64,000 nucleotides of DNA from positions 21,098,871 through 21,162,870 of the forward strand of contig NC_092676.1 of assembly GCF_964355755.1 (NCBI RefSeq). Direction: 5' to 3'. Positions 1 through 14,850 of the stretch are shown here, in pieces. The stretch comes from Antedon mediterranea. Its lineage: Eukaryota > Animalia > Echinodermata. Made by a program: the position numbers and the translations under genes. The stretch's first letter is position 1. Every line of letters begins with the position of its first letter. A model generated the notes under the pieces. The model was not told the origin of the DNA and did not search any database. It saw only the letters and a list, made by a program, of their open reading frames with translations.

Positions 1-377
1 GATATTGTTTTCAAAGCATTTTTTATCATTGAAATGAAAGCGAAGCTACGTCGTAGTCTTTGTGTGGAGATGAAACCTATACGCTGAACGACATATTGAT
101 ATCGGTGGTACTCTATCCATTTATTACTGTACGCTAATGCGCCGGCTCAAAACCGTTTATAAAATATATTCTCGTGAATATATTATAATAATTGTAATGT
201 TAAAGTACATTTATAAAAGGTAAATATATAATATTATTAGTGTGATTAATTAAAATTCGTTAAATTAATTTACGGTATTTAAATAATTACAGATATGCAC
301 TGATGATTTTTATTTATTTACGGATGATAAAAAGATTTCTTAAAGTCATGGTTGATTTAGCATGTTTCAATGCTTAC

Positions 378-576
378 CCCTGGTCCTATTGCCCTTTTTC
401 TTGTTACCATTTTGTTCACTGTTTTCTTCGTGTCCGATTGCTTGGTTATTCTGTTGTTGATCATGGTGTTGTAATTGTTGTTGAGCCTGTTGTTGCTCAT
501 CCTCGGTAGGGGCTAGGCCAACCGTTCGCAGCTCGATGTGAGCATTCTCCTGCTCGTGTACTATATCCATCGACAT
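378..576 (-). CDS. Probable first coding exon of an unidentified gene continuing off the left edge; Gln/Asn/Glu-rich N-terminus (MSMDIVHEQENAHIELRTVGLAPTEDEQQQAQQQLQHHDQQQNNQAIGHEENSEQNGNKKKGNRTR)
   Basis: ATG at 576, open frame with protein-like low-complexity composition, ending at a consensus donor G|GTAAGC (phase 1). Promoter-like motifs lie upstream. No recognisable domain. Confidence 0.6.
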
Positions 577-755
577 TTCTCTTAATTTTAACTTAAACTT
601 GTTAGCCTGCTTGGATAGGTTTGCTATCGTTAATTTCACACTTTTTGACGAGACACTAGCAGTCTAGCGCGAAATGCAGCTCTCTGGACCAAAGTCGAAT
701 TACATTTGGTTTTATAATAATACAATATTCAGCGCACACTCGATTAGCGCAGCTC

Positions 756-818
756 ATTTGCATACCAAAGGCTCTCTACCTCATATATCTAACAACCAAC
801 CGTGAATATCATAATTGG
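756..818. promoter_or_regulatory. Octamer ATTTGCAT (756-763) and CCAAT/ATTGG box (~814-818) upstream of the left-edge gene
   Basis: Motif matches about 180-240 bp upstream of the ATG at 576, in a locally CpG-richer patch. Function is inferred only. Confidence 0.3.
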
Positions 819-3800
819 ACCGAAAATTCTTTTCATAATTGTTTTGTTTCTTTAGTTATTTTGTTACGGTTTCGTAGAGATTTAGTTGATTTAATGCAGA
901 CTGTGGAAGCAGCTTGCTAAGTAAGAAGAAAGGGGAGGCTGAAAGAAAAACCCACCGTTGGCGTCGGCCCTATTGTTCTCCATTGTACCAGCCCACCGGC
1001 TGTGAAACGACTGGTCACGAAATCTATAATTTTTCTTCAAAAATGCGAAAACACCGATTTTTCGAAAGAGTGAACACGGCATTCTGTGAGCTATGACATT
1101 AGAGAAAAATACTGTCTAATTATGATAGTCCTAAAATAGGCCGTCACCATAACTTGTGATTATGATGAAATGTTTCTTAGTGATACATCTAAAGTTACAT
1201 ATATCTTTTTGTAAACTTTCATTTTGGTGCAAGAAAGGTCGTGTGCATGTTATATCTGCCTTTTTACATGCGCAATTGAACCTAACAGGTAACTGATACC
1301 TTTTAATTTTATAACCCTTCGCTAAATCCAAGATTCACCATGACTTAAACCAACCATCCGGTTACAATTGAATCATTTCAGTCATTACTCTAATAAAGAT
1401 CATGTTAATTTTGTTTGATGACTTTAGTAAATTTGATAAATCAACTTTATAATCTCCAGAAACTTTTCGCTTCATTTCAAGTTTGAAATTGTATAATAAT
1501 GGTATACTGTATACCTAAAACTTATTTGTTGTATCTCAGACAAGATCACAATGTAAAAAGGTATATTGAAATCATGAATAAATATAATTATATCAATTCA
1601 ATTCAATTTTTATTTCAGAAAATTGTCTATATGGTATAATACATTACACAAAAAAAAAAGATGAAGGAGAGAGGACCAAAACTTTTATCTATTGGTATAT
1701 AACGCCTCTCTCCATTTGTAGTACATGTTTGAATCAATCAACAAATATTTATATATACAAATTAACATTCTGTTTTCGCTTTTCATTATTCATTATATAA
1801 ATATATAATAATAAAATAGCTATACAATATTTTATTGCTTATTGTTTTGCTGAGGTCAATCTATACATACAGTATACAATTTAAAAAATTACTGTATGTT
1901 TCTTCGAAAAATGGAATGAAAAGTTTGCAATTGTGTAATTGGTTCCTTTTCCAATACTATATCGTACTGTATGTTCTTTTATCCTTAATTGGAGTTTAAT
2001 TGAAATCTTACAAATCAATAAACTTCCCCGCAAGATTATTTATTTATGGAAACTCAATTTCTAAATTCAGTAATAATTGTGTATACCCTGCACTACTCAA
2101 CACAAAGTTTTAAAAAAGAGAATTTACTAAAACTGTTAATTTAACAAGCTGTTAATCTCGGCTGAACGAATTTCTTCTATTTCATAAATACACCTCTGTC
2201 AGTTAATACGTTTTAAACGTAGTTTTGTACCATCTAGGTTGCGTGACGCCATTTGGCCAATTACAAGTGATCATACAATCTTACGATTGTATTCAAATAT
2301 GGCTCATCAAAAAAGAACATTTCCATTTATCAATATTATCAAATAGTTGGTGATTAATCAATATGATTCCTTTCGCAACGTCATGATAAAACATTATTGC
2401 AACATAACTGAATTTGTTGACCACATAATTTGGATCCTTTGTGATATATTTAGGCCATCTCTATGTATTCGTTCCCTTTTTATATTCTGATTAAATTTAT
2501 TGTAGTAAATTATTTATATCATTGGTACCCCTTAGGATTAAATACAGTTCGTATAACAGTATTACATAAGATCTGTCTTCAATATAACATTTTATAAAAT
2601 GGTAATTAATTGAAAAATTCCATTGAGTAATTGAAGTTATTGTTATTTGAATGGAAAGTATTGCATTGAATCATAACGAAAAGATGGTTACGGCTCACTA
2701 GCCACTAACACGATGGTTATTGTAACTTGTATTAAGAAAATGATTTGACAAATTGCTGCGAATTGGCTACTAAAAATGTCTTTCATTTCACTGAATGATT
2801 ATTTCCGAATAGTTAATCCTACCACGCATTGTACTTCTGTATAATTATTTTTGAAACCTGTACTAATGATCACTTGTAAATTACAGTACAGTACAATTGA
2901 AATAACAATAATGGTAACAGCAACAAGTTTTGCTCAAAGAAGTTCAACTTTTCATGAAACATATCAAGAGATAGGCCTAATGTTTATTTTTTTTTCAAGT
3001 TTGTAAAACTAAAAAGAGAAACAAACATTGAATAAGAGTCTGAGATTATGTGCTCTTGATGATTTAAAAAAAAATAGACAGACAACAAATATATTATCAT
3101 ATTAAGGACTAATTTGACACGAACATCTTGAAATAATTTCATTCGGATATAATACACAAGTCAGTCAATTCTTATTTGAAGTATACTCGTTTTATTTATG
3201 TAAATTGATAATTATAATATTGTAATATTATCAACACCATCACAACCGCCATTGGGTGATGCTGTATTACGTAGGTAGTATTAAACTATGATAACATTAT
3301 TAATTTACATTAGTCGGATATTTGGAATTTCAATTTTTGTTATAATTAGAAGATGAATAAACTTAAAAATGAAACTAAAATTTGGATTATCCATTCATTC
3401 ATCAATTTGTTTAGATTGTTAGTGTGATTTGGTTTATAATACTCTGATTTTTCATCTACTTCCCTTTCAACCTGTGCAGTTATTAGCTAGTATCGGCTTT
3501 CTCTCGTTCCTTGGGGATACAAATTTAAAGTGCGAAGTATGGGCTAGAAATTGAATTTACTGTTAGTAGACCTCGCTGCAACGACCGCAGCACAGACGTA
3601 ATCTAATAGTGTCACAGGCTAATGGGGAAAAGCAGACAAGGAACTGTAAAATGAAAAGACATCAAACTGACAAATATATTGATAATATGAACTAGCAATG
3701 AGATTTTAGATTCATTTAGTAAAAACCGTTGTTTTAATTCATAGATTTTTGAAGGATCGCTTAAACAGCTTCTCAACGTGAGACAATATTGCTTAAGACA

Positions 3801-6226
3801 GTAGTCGTATGCCTATTCTCTCTAACTGCCATAGGCCTATTACACCTAAAGTATTTTACAAATATTGTAGGTGAAACAGAGATACCTTGTTAATTATATA
3901 GCCCACAGTATATTGTATCACTTTTGTAGGCATTGGAATATACATTCGCACAAAATCATGATTTTGATTTGAAGGCATCAGGAGGTGTGAAGTGCTGAAC
4001 CTATAATAAATGCTCTGTATTTTGCCCTTCTTTTATATAAAGGCGTCCTGGATCGGATGGCGTCTCTCCCATTTTTGGATCCGTTAGGCCTACATATTTT
4101 ATTTAGAATTTAGTTTTTCTTATTTTTAACTTAGGGATGATATGGTAAATAGGTAGAATTTTGTCGTGTGAAATCACCCAAGGCGCAGAACACACAACAA
4201 TCACATTTCTTACGCACTGTTTCATCCATAATTTACTAAATAAACTCTGTAGCAGGAGGTTAATTTACCTTGATGCTTTCATCGGATTTGTTTATTCTTC
4301 TAGTTAATACAAATACATACAGATATATAAATATATACACAGTATATTGTGCATTCATTACTTTTTAATACAATATTGATGATCCGGAAGTTGTATATTC
4401 TGACTGTCAAACGAAGCATCATCACCACTATGCAATTACATATACCAATTATTCTCCGTTTTCGAGTTGCAGTGTTGTACCACATAGAGGTCATATTAAA
4501 ATACATTTGAAAGTAATTTTAATAGGCCTACCAATAGAAAACTATGTATTTGTCATTACGAATTATGATTGCTTTTTACATGGTAAACTCATAGAAATAA
4601 AGAATTGTAAATCTTATTAGAAATATAGGCCTAACATTTAGTAATTAAAACTAGGAGGCTTACTGTAGGCTCAATTCTTGGTACTGTATGATTGGACAGA
4701 ATAATGGGACGCCCCCTATCGATTGTGTTTTTACAATACAACTTTCTAACTGACCTAAACATGACCCCGCCCTCTAAAATTATACACATCTTTAGAAACC
4801 AAATCGGTTCGAACAAACTCTACGACTGTAGAGTCTGTAACAATCTCAAGCGTGTTATAAAATATATTAATTGCGATTATGCTTTTTTAATGATTATTAA
4901 TGTTTTTGTACTTAAGACTGTTGACATTCATATTCAAAAACTTATGACCAGAGAACCAAAAATAGGTTTAATCACATGGAGGAATTTTAACCCAATTTGT
5001 ATTAGACACTAGCATTATTTTCGGATGAAAATCACTCCCCTATATAGAACATTGGCGTTAATACTATTATACATTTTTGTTAGTCGGTACCAAAATATTC
5101 TAGTTTTCCCATGAACCTGAGTGAGATGGTATATCCGGATACTGTACTGCATAATATGCAAATTAACTCTTTCCAATTTACCGACTTAACACAAACCGAT
5201 ACAATAGCGGTTAAAAGAACATGTTACTCTTTGTATTTCAGTTATTAGTGTATACACCTTGCACTTTTACTAATGCTATTTCTCTTAACAAATTGGCCAA
5301 TAGAGGAAGTTATATATCGGTCAAATCCGGTATAAAGAAATCAGCTCTTTATTGCTGACCGAACTATTATTTAGATTCTTAATGTTCGCGTACCACTATT
5401 TTAGCCTGAAATTAAATGATTGTCATTTTAGTTTGCAAGATTCATTTTTATTAATTCAACTGCCAGATCTCTTTGTTTTTAAAACTTTTGCTTTTAGAGG
5501 AAACATACTATGTATAGAGTTATATATACCATTATGTTGGGCACGGCTTGATGTTCCGTTATATCATTTCAAGGAATTCTACTTAGAAAGATTAACTGGC
5601 TAACTATAACCAACTCCCTGCTATAACCATAACAGTATCTTTAAAATACAATCAACGATGTTGTTTTTCATGATTATCAGTCAGTGTGGTTTTGTTCATA
5701 TGGATTCAATCTTGTTCGTTAAAATTACATAAATTATTTAGGATGTGACATGTCTAAAGGTTAATCCTATGTTTCACCTAGGTTAAATGGAAGAAGAAAT
5801 AGTTAGTCTTTAGTATTTCCGTATGAATTGGTATCGTTGTTGTTTATTTTTAAACAGGTGAAAACCATCGCTTTGACTTTTGAATGTATCGAAATAACTT
5901 ATTCATAACTATATCCATTTTCCACCATATTTGTATTTTTATTTTAACTTTCTGGCAATTAACACAATTTTCATTATAATTCTATTGTTCAGTTAATGTT
6001 TTAGGTTGTTTTTTTAGGATTTTTTTAAAGCACTAGCTTGTCTAGTCTCTATAATTGTCAGATAGTCGATGATCTTTCTTTAATATTTCGTTTTATGTAT
6101 AGAAACTAACACAAAGTAAGCATAGTGCATTACTGAACTCATGCAATGTTAAATTCTCTTAGAATAAATGGGCGTAACACATACCCTTTTTGTTATTAAT
6201 GTACACAATGAAAAGGAGAAAATAAA

Positions 6227-6573
6227 GCGAGTGAGTGGCCGAGCGGTTAAGACAGTGGAACCGTAATTACGTAGCCATAACATCGGCAAGGGTTCGAGGC
6301 TCACTCGCTCCATGGTTCTGGTGGTAGAACGATTCTTCTCGGATAAGGACTATAAACCGTAGTTCCAGTGTACACATAGCTCATGCGCACTTTAAAGAAC
6401 CTAGTACATCTTTCGCGACGAGTAGGGGGTTACCCCGGTAGTCCACACAACACAGCCACTGTCACACACAGCCACTGTGCAAATTGGGACTGGACCGTTT
6501 TAGAGGTGTTTACCACCTGTTGGTCCAGATCCTTCACTAACTGAGTTAGTGAGAAGTCGAATAAATAAATAAA
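6227..6573 (+). mobile_element. Near full-length tRNA-derived SINE with Deu-domain-like core
   Basis: Head has A box TGGCCGAGCGG and B box GGTTCGAGGC. Core GGATAAGGACTATAAACCGTAG...TTAAAGAACC...GAGTAGGGGG..CCCCGG resembles the DeuSINE core from memory. (TAAA)n tail. Two further copies in the window. Confidence 0.85.
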
Positions 6574-9500
6574 GAGTAATTTGAGAATAATAGCACAGTA
6601 ACTTAATTACATAATCACTTTGTTTTTAGTTTGAATGACTGGGAAAGGGTGCGGTATGTCCTGAATTTCCAGGAATTGTTTTTAACTTTTAACCTACCTA
6701 TTGGAGAGTATTTTACTTTCCATGGAGGAAATGCTTTTAATTACTACTCAAATCATTTTAATATACCACTTTAGAAAAGATCAGAAAATACAATTTATAA
6801 TCAATCAGAATTACAGAGCAAAAAATTATATTAATCTACAAAATATTGCCACTAAAACCAAACGTTTAACCACAATATAGTCAATAATTTTAACTGAATC
6901 TGAAATAATAATTTTCTAACCTTTATGCGGCATTTCCAAATACTTGATAGTGGCGTGGGTGTCCGTTGTGATTTCTTGGTATTGTAGTTAATGTAGAAAT
7001 TTATCTTCTAACAGGAATCTACATAAGAAATATAATTTGTTAGACATAAATAATACTTTATCATCAACGAATAAATGTACTTATCCCGTTCAGTTCGGAA
7101 TCAGTTCTTCAAAAGGTGTTTGACATCGGTACAATTTAGGAATGTTACTTCGGAGTCATTCGTGTAGAAGAATGTACAGTAATATAAATCCCTAGTCCAA
7201 TACATGAGCAGAGTTAAATCAAATGAACCAGACAAGATCAGAGGTCATAGCATATACGGTACCTGATTGGCACTATGAGAGTACCCACCTTAAATGCTGT
7301 TGTTTTCATTTTATTCCTCTCAATGTAATACTTCATTCTATAGGCTTATAACTGTTTAGAATTAAACAACAATTATACGGTCTTATGTAACGAAGGAATT
7401 ATATAATGTGTTCGAAAACTGTTGGAATGAACCACAATTACCAGTAGTTATAGGACCCCTCGCATTATCCTATCCTGTGTTATATATTTGGACAGATAGG
7501 CCAAGTCGAGCACACTTCACGCAAATGAATATACTGTGGCTCATTTTTGGCGGCGGCTCAGTCAGTTATATCCCACATATGTATAGAATGATTGGATTTA
7601 CTATAATATTGTTTGTCATGTGTTTGGTGTACGCATACCCGGTCGTGCCCACTCATCCATCCGGGATGTTCACCAAAGATTGTTAAATTAACCTAAAATA
7701 TTGTCTGTCAAGCATAAAGATGCCCTTACAGTTCTAAACGTGTAGACTTTCTAAATATTACGGTGATTTGACCAGTTATAAATAAGTAACGGCAGAAAAT
7801 AATTATTTGTTTTAGTTAGTAAGATTTGACAACCGCATTGAGGATATCTTTGCGACGTCTCAAGAACAGTTTGTCATTTGTACTGCTGGTTTTATTTCTG
7901 TGTCATCTGTACTAATACTATATCTTACTAATGAAATAAATCCAAGTGTACATAAGAATAGGCTATAGTACTAATGCCCATTTAAACTTACTTGGCTCAA
8001 TAACACAGAATTATACTCAATTAGGACAAAACACCATTGAAATGTTTAGTCAATTAGAAGTCAATTGAATGGTTACAGCTCTCTTTAGGTGTCTCGGTGA
8101 ACAGATTAAAGGGATTCATTAGACAATCATTATTCCTAAGAATTATTAGGAAAGTACTTCAACAGGGAATTCGTATTATAGTACAGTAACAGTTAATACA
8201 GTAATCATAGCTTAAGCGTTGTAATTTTAAATTACTATAGGAACAACATACAAAAACAAAATTAAATTTTAATTCGTCAATTTGACGAAATATATGTGAT
8301 CTTTGCGATTGAAGATATTGTTATTTAATTGCAATGTTTCGATCAGAAAATTGAAAATAAAAACAGTTACACTTATAAATATATATTCTGATCTATATGC
8401 TTTAATTACGAAATAAAATGTAAAATACGTCTTTAGACTCTATATCTCTATTACAACTTTACAATTTTTTTTTTATTTGTCGACCTATTAATTAAAATCA
8501 TGTAACTGTATCGTTGCATAAGTAGAAAATAAAACATCAAGATCGCACGTGCATGAAACTTCTATAACAAATATGCTTGAGTGGGAAAACAAATATTGAC
8601 CATAAGTGAACAAATAATTATTTAACAACTTGATATTAAACTTAAATAAAGTAAACTTAATATAATATAACAACATGCATTTATGAAAATTTCTAACTGT
8701 TCTGTAAAACTGTTCTAATAACATTCTAAGCGTACATACCAATTTATGAGTTCTTGAAGGAAGAATAGGAAGGACTATCGTGAGTTATGGAACCGATATC
8801 GTGCCTTGGTTTTGAATGTTTTAAACTGCACATTAGCCTAACCAAGCAGATCAGAGCGTTTATAGCTCAGAGATAACAATGATGGACCAAAATTGGCGTC
8901 ACTGTATATTAACGTCTGTCTATTACTGGAATAAGCAACTCCCAGTTGCTTTTAAATGAACAAAACGTGATTACGTAATCGTTATTTGAAAGTAAACTTG
9001 AGTGCCCGGATAAAATTGTAGATTGCAAATAAAGATAGGCCTACACTTAGCAAGCCTAATAATTAAAAATACAGTAGACTTTTACTGTAGGGTATTTTGT
9101 ATTATTAATATTATTTTATTTCATTTCAACTGATTTTGCATCGTTATTTAATTTATTGTATTGCTTAAAAAAAATCATTGATAGATTGAACGAAAGATTT
9201 TACAAAAATAATAAAATATAGATCATTATTATTAACAAACTAGGGATAAGTAGGCTTATTAGTATTTGCTAGCATAGGGCAGTTACAAGAGGGAGTTTTA
9301 ACAACTCCCTGGTTCCAAGCATGAGTTACTAACGAAAAGCAATAAAAACAAACTAATATTTTGACGCATTATTCGTGTCCCTTTTTTTTTTAAATGTCTG
9401 CATGTATACTTGTTCTCAGTGACAGCCGTAGTGTCTATATTAGTTTTTACTTTTAGTCTCACTAAACAAGTAATTATAATCAATAAAAGAAATTACCAAT

Positions 9501-12500
9501 TAGCTAATCTTATGATAATGACACTAATTACGTGTTTATGGTGTTTAAAACCAGTCTATCACTATGCATTCAGATCTTTAGTGTTTAGTTTTTATTTGTA
9601 AGATGTCAAAATACTACTGTGAAATATGCCTTTCTACAATCCATTTGCATAATTTATTTTTATTATTGCTTTTTCTATGTACAAATAGTCTATTGTGAGA
9701 GAAGGAAGATAAAATCTAAAACGCTGTATTCTAGGGATAGTTCTGGTTAAAAGTGAAACTTCGCCCAGGCCTAGCGTTTAAAATGTATTGACCAGGCAAA
9801 GGGCAGTACGTTTGTCATAAAAACTGAAGAGAAACTTTGAGAGCTACATTTATACTACAATATATTTATGACATAGGTTTTATTTCTGTATAAAAAAAGC
9901 AAGATAAACACATAAACCCTTCTGCTGTAACTAAATGTTCATAGAACCGAATTAGGCCTACTTTGTTTCTTAGATTGTTGGGAAAGAGTGATTTCAAACC
10001 TCAATTTATTTTATTTGACGTTTTGGTGATAGTTTACTTTACAGTAGCAGTCTTTGTATTGCCCGTGTATCGCTAAACAAATTTACTAATCCTATTCTAC
10101 AGTGTTTAGCGACATGGAGGTACATTATGCCAAATGTTTGCACGTCAAACATAGACGACAGAAAGCTTGGTCAAGCCAGGGAAGAGTGACACTCTTACCT
10201 GGTCAAGCCAACAACATTATCATGATCCAACCATAGACCTATACCAAACTTGTTTATGAAATCAACAATGTAAAATAATTAATTTTATCAACTTATTTTA
10301 AAATCATGGTTAGAAATCGCATATCATTTGTCACAATGTAGGCTTACGAATTATATAGCGATAGGTCTAGGTAAAATATGCTGCGTTGATTCGTTATAAA
10401 TTCAAAGGCTGGATCGCAATGGAGATACAATATAAAATAAGCAGAAAATCGAAAACACAAAACAGCCAGAAATAAATTGCACAGCTTTAGGGTAACACTA
10501 GCCCTTATTCAGTGCAAGTGATTCTTTATACATATATACTAACTGTATGCTACTTCAAATATTTGCTTATTGTATATAAATGTAATAGTTAAAATTATAA
10601 TATTATTAAATTATATTAGGCCTATGTGTCAGAGGTTAATAAAATTATTTAGATATAGCCAGTTATTTAATGAAAAAATATGAATTAACCCACAATAGAG
10701 AAAAACAAATATAATATAAATGTTTTTTAACAACATATTCTCAAATTATATTGACATCTTTGACGGGCGTATATTATATTGATTGATTGACAGGCATTTC
10801 AACATAGTTTATGTCATAAACGAATGTCATACCTCTATCAAACTTTTATAATTAGGTTGCGATATCTTTATCTGAATTGCGAGTTTGTTGTTTCATGTTT
10901 ATTCGCCGTTTCCTTTCCATTATAAATGTTTATGATTGTCCCGTAGCATTATCCGAATCTTTACTTCTTATTGAATCAATAGGCCTAGATTATTATTACA
11001 GTGCTGTAGTGAATTATATTAATTAATTATTTCTCCATGGTTTTGTCAATAGAGACTAGATCATTTTTTTCCTTTTTTTTCTCAAAGGTGACTTAGGCCT
11101 ATATTATTTGAAATATCTGAATACCAGTACTGAGTAATACAAATATGAATTTTTATAACTGCATGGCTCAAGAATGGACCTATTATACCTATAATATAGA
11201 TCCATGAATCAAACCATTTCTTTGATTATTTTATTTTATTCTTCTACTAAGTAGAAAGAATAATTTAATGACAAGAATAATTATAATGAAAAAGAAATTA
11301 GTATAAATTATTATAACATATTAGACATTATGTTTAAAGAATTATATTTTAAAAGATAGTAAAAACATTGAGAATTATTTCTCCATGGTTATTGTCTCGG
11401 GTGGTTAATATCCTTCTCAGATTTTATAACTACTGCTTAAGCCATTAAGTTACTGTATACATGGTTATTCATTCATTGTTCATGCCTAGGATAAAGAGAG
11501 ACCGGATAAGATACGACACATTATTATTATATTATATTCCCGTGCCTTTATAAATGAAAGATGTACATCATGAAATGAAAACATACCAGTCATAATTATA
11601 TTAGCTTAGATTAATACGCCTATAGATTATTTATAGGTGTATTAGAGATTAATACACCTATAATACTTTTTTTCTTTAAAATGTTAAGCTTCAATGGACC
11701 TATCGAGGAAGTCCCATTTTACACTCCACTACGCATGAAATACCTGGTTAAGAGCTCTGTATTAGATACGCTAAGTAAGTTTCACAAAAACAAGGGTTCC
11801 CCATTCTTGATCTGGTATTAGATTATGTCAACGTATTTATAACATAACAAATAATTCCTCCATTATAATTATAACCACACCTGACTGGGCGGGACAGTAA
11901 ATAAATGTTTTCTATTTAAACATTACGGTAGACCATGGGAGACTGTGTGTACGTGGATGTTGATTTTAGCGGTTTTAGCATGCCATACATTACCTTTATA
12001 CCAAAGAAGAATTACTTAAATAATTAACTAAATAATTTCTCCATGCTATCTGTCTTAAATCTCTTACATAACAATAACATTGCGTGCATTATGTTAAAGT
12101 TTATAGTTTAGTTATCTTCTATCCCGACGCTTTGAAACATAAAAAGGTAATTATAGGTAGAGAACGATATTTAGACTTATAGTTCACGTTATAAAATGAT
12201 CACCTTGTAAACATTTTTAGCATGGATAAATTAGATTATCTATGCTTTTACTATTAGGCCTATACAGCAAATCCCCCATGCTGTTACTTTTACGTTACAT
12301 TAACATTTTGTATACAAGATCACCTAACATCGATATAGATGAGTCGTTAATAATAAATAATACATTTATATATTTATTTGATTAACATAGCTTACCTTGA
12401 TACCGCAAATGGATTCCTTTTAAATTTTCTGTTGTTGAATTAAATTCACTCTTTTGGTGGCAAAGTAAATGATAAGATTTGAAAACTTTCCAGCCGTCAC

Positions 12501-14721
12501 CCTGCAGAAGAAACTTGACTAGTCACTTTGCCCGCCCAACTAATTTCTCTGTTAATTATTCAGTAAGAAAAGTTCTTCTCGACCATATGTCGGCAAGATA
12601 GAGTTTCAGGGACGTAAGTTGAGATCCAATTCAAAGTGTACTGAAGAGACTGAAGACAAGAAGAAGAACTATGCACCGGTGATCGACGTTAATTTATCTG
12701 GCCGAATGCAACCCGATAGAATCATGTGTATGTGGAGTGTGAAGCTAACAAATGGACCTCGTTTAACACTTTACTATACTACCATTCACTATTGTATGAA
12801 TTCGCTAAAAGTTAACCTCACTTGAGATTTTTTTGTTTAGAGCTTAAGCCAAAACTTGGTGTTTAATAATCATGTTTATGCATGAGTTGGGCGGAGTTAT
12901 GCTGACTCTGTTAACCACTTTTTTCAAAGGATATCCGACTACTTTTTGAGACATAATTTCACCCGTTGTACTTTTCTGTTGCTTTGATTTCTAACGACTC
13001 CTTTCCTTTAGATGACTCAATGTGTATTATATTTTGAACATCTTCCTTTCATAAACAACGATGCGATCTTAGATAAGGCACTTATATTCTATTGTCCATT
13101 AATCATTCGTAGGTCCGTTTTCTCTGTTCCCGGTTATGGCTATGTAGTAAATATTAAAAAATAGATCTCATAACATGGTTAGGCATATTATTTCTGGCAT
13201 ATACTCATCATTCTGTAAAACCCATATTCCGCTTCTCCTGCTGTCCCTTACTACTCGTCCCTTCCACCGGACCCGAATATAAACGAAACACGCCGAAAAG
13301 TCTAAATTATGAAAGTATTTCTTTATTTTTCGATGAAATGATAAGATGTTGCAATCTTTCCATTTTAAAGGAAATAACTGAAATGAAGAAACCCGTTCGA
13401 ATCGTCTTATGAACTTTAAAACAATGCTGAGAACACTATTACCGGTGTATATTTTATGCTCATACTTACTGGCTTTAGTAATTTTTTCGTTTTACTGTGA
13501 TATTTTAAACTTAATAATTACGTAATAGGGCCTATATATAATATATACCTGAATTATTAGATAAACACAACTTCAAGTTCAAAACAATTAGGTTACGGTA
13601 GCTCACCTTTTTTGTGTGGAAAGATATTAAACATGGAATCATCAAAGTTAATGGCGCATTCAATAATTTCCAATTTTAACATTGTTTCGATAACGATTAT
13701 AGTTACACGCATGAATTAAATATTTACTTTGGTTAAACCATGCAATACGCGCTTGTTCTAGACTTGTTTTTACGGTACTGATACTATTTTAACAGGTTAA
13801 CATAAAAAACTAAATTTACTGAGATGCAGAATCGGAAGAGATAACGAAAATGTGTATCACTTCAAATAAATCCTTAAATATTTCAACCAATTAGTAATAT
13901 TAAGAGCCTTTTAATTATTCTATTATTCATTTCGGTCCGATGATGTCCTTCTTTATACCAAAAAAAAAAAAAAAAATAAAAATAAACTGTAGACCTATAG
14001 AAGTAATGGAAATCTGCGACAGATGCCGAAAATGCAAAATGTAGCTAAATGGACGACTTGATAATAAACAATGAACATTTATTGGTAGCTAAAACTTGTA
14101 TACAAACATCGATTATGCAGTAATCTACCATCAATAAATTATGCTTTCTTTTAACCTGTTTTTAACCAGTTGTTTATCATATAATGAAAATATAATTTAA
14201 ATCTTGGCAAACCGCAGGTAACTATATAATGTTCATTGATAGTTTTAAATTAACTTTATTTCCTCTTTATTGCACTTTTAACAAATAAAGAAAAAAAAGC
14301 CTAGAGCATTTTTTACAATATCTTTTTAGATTTGTTGAATAGTAGAAAGAAATTGACAAATGAGCGAACTTTAAATCAAATATATATTGTTAAATAAAAA
14401 TTCATACAAAAAGAATGGGCTGAATAGCGATGATAATTAACTTGTTACCAGTTTGAAGAGCCTTCGCGTGAGCTATGAACAAGGAACCAAACGAGCGTTA
14501 AACCACAGATCAAAAGAAATAAAGCAATTATAAGTTATTATAAATTATAAGCAAATAAAACGAATACAAAAAACAAACCATAAGCATTATAATATTAGTT
14601 TACAGAATATCTTCGCATCCGTTTTTTAAAAAGTGCAAAGATTGACTTATGAAAGTGGAAGATATTTTACCAAACGAATGATGTCACAAGTTTGTTCAAA
14701 TTGTACTTTTATGTAATTAGA

Positions 14722-14850
14722 ACTAACTAGTTTGACCAAAAACAAAGTGTGGTGTGCACAAATATGGTAGTGATATGCTTAAATATGGCAGTGATGTCCA
14801 TAGGCACATCAAATTTTGTTTGTCACATTTGATAGAGTAGAAAGAGCTTT
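14722..14850 (-). mobile_element. Degenerate copy of the small MITE-like family also at 42192 and 61285
   Basis: Shares ACTAGTTTGAC..., AAATATGGTAGTGATATG repeats and a ...AGAGCTTTA end with the other two copies, in reverse orientation. Confidence 0.65.

Noticed and set aside
6227-6312. tRNA gene
   Set aside because: It has A and B boxes but no clean cloverleaf, and it continues into a body repeated elsewhere in the window. It is a SINE head.
10420-10520. Penelope-like terminus or hammerhead ribozyme (also 60805-60870)
   Set aside because: Only a vague resemblance; no complete CUGAUGA/GAAA core with three stems could be built.
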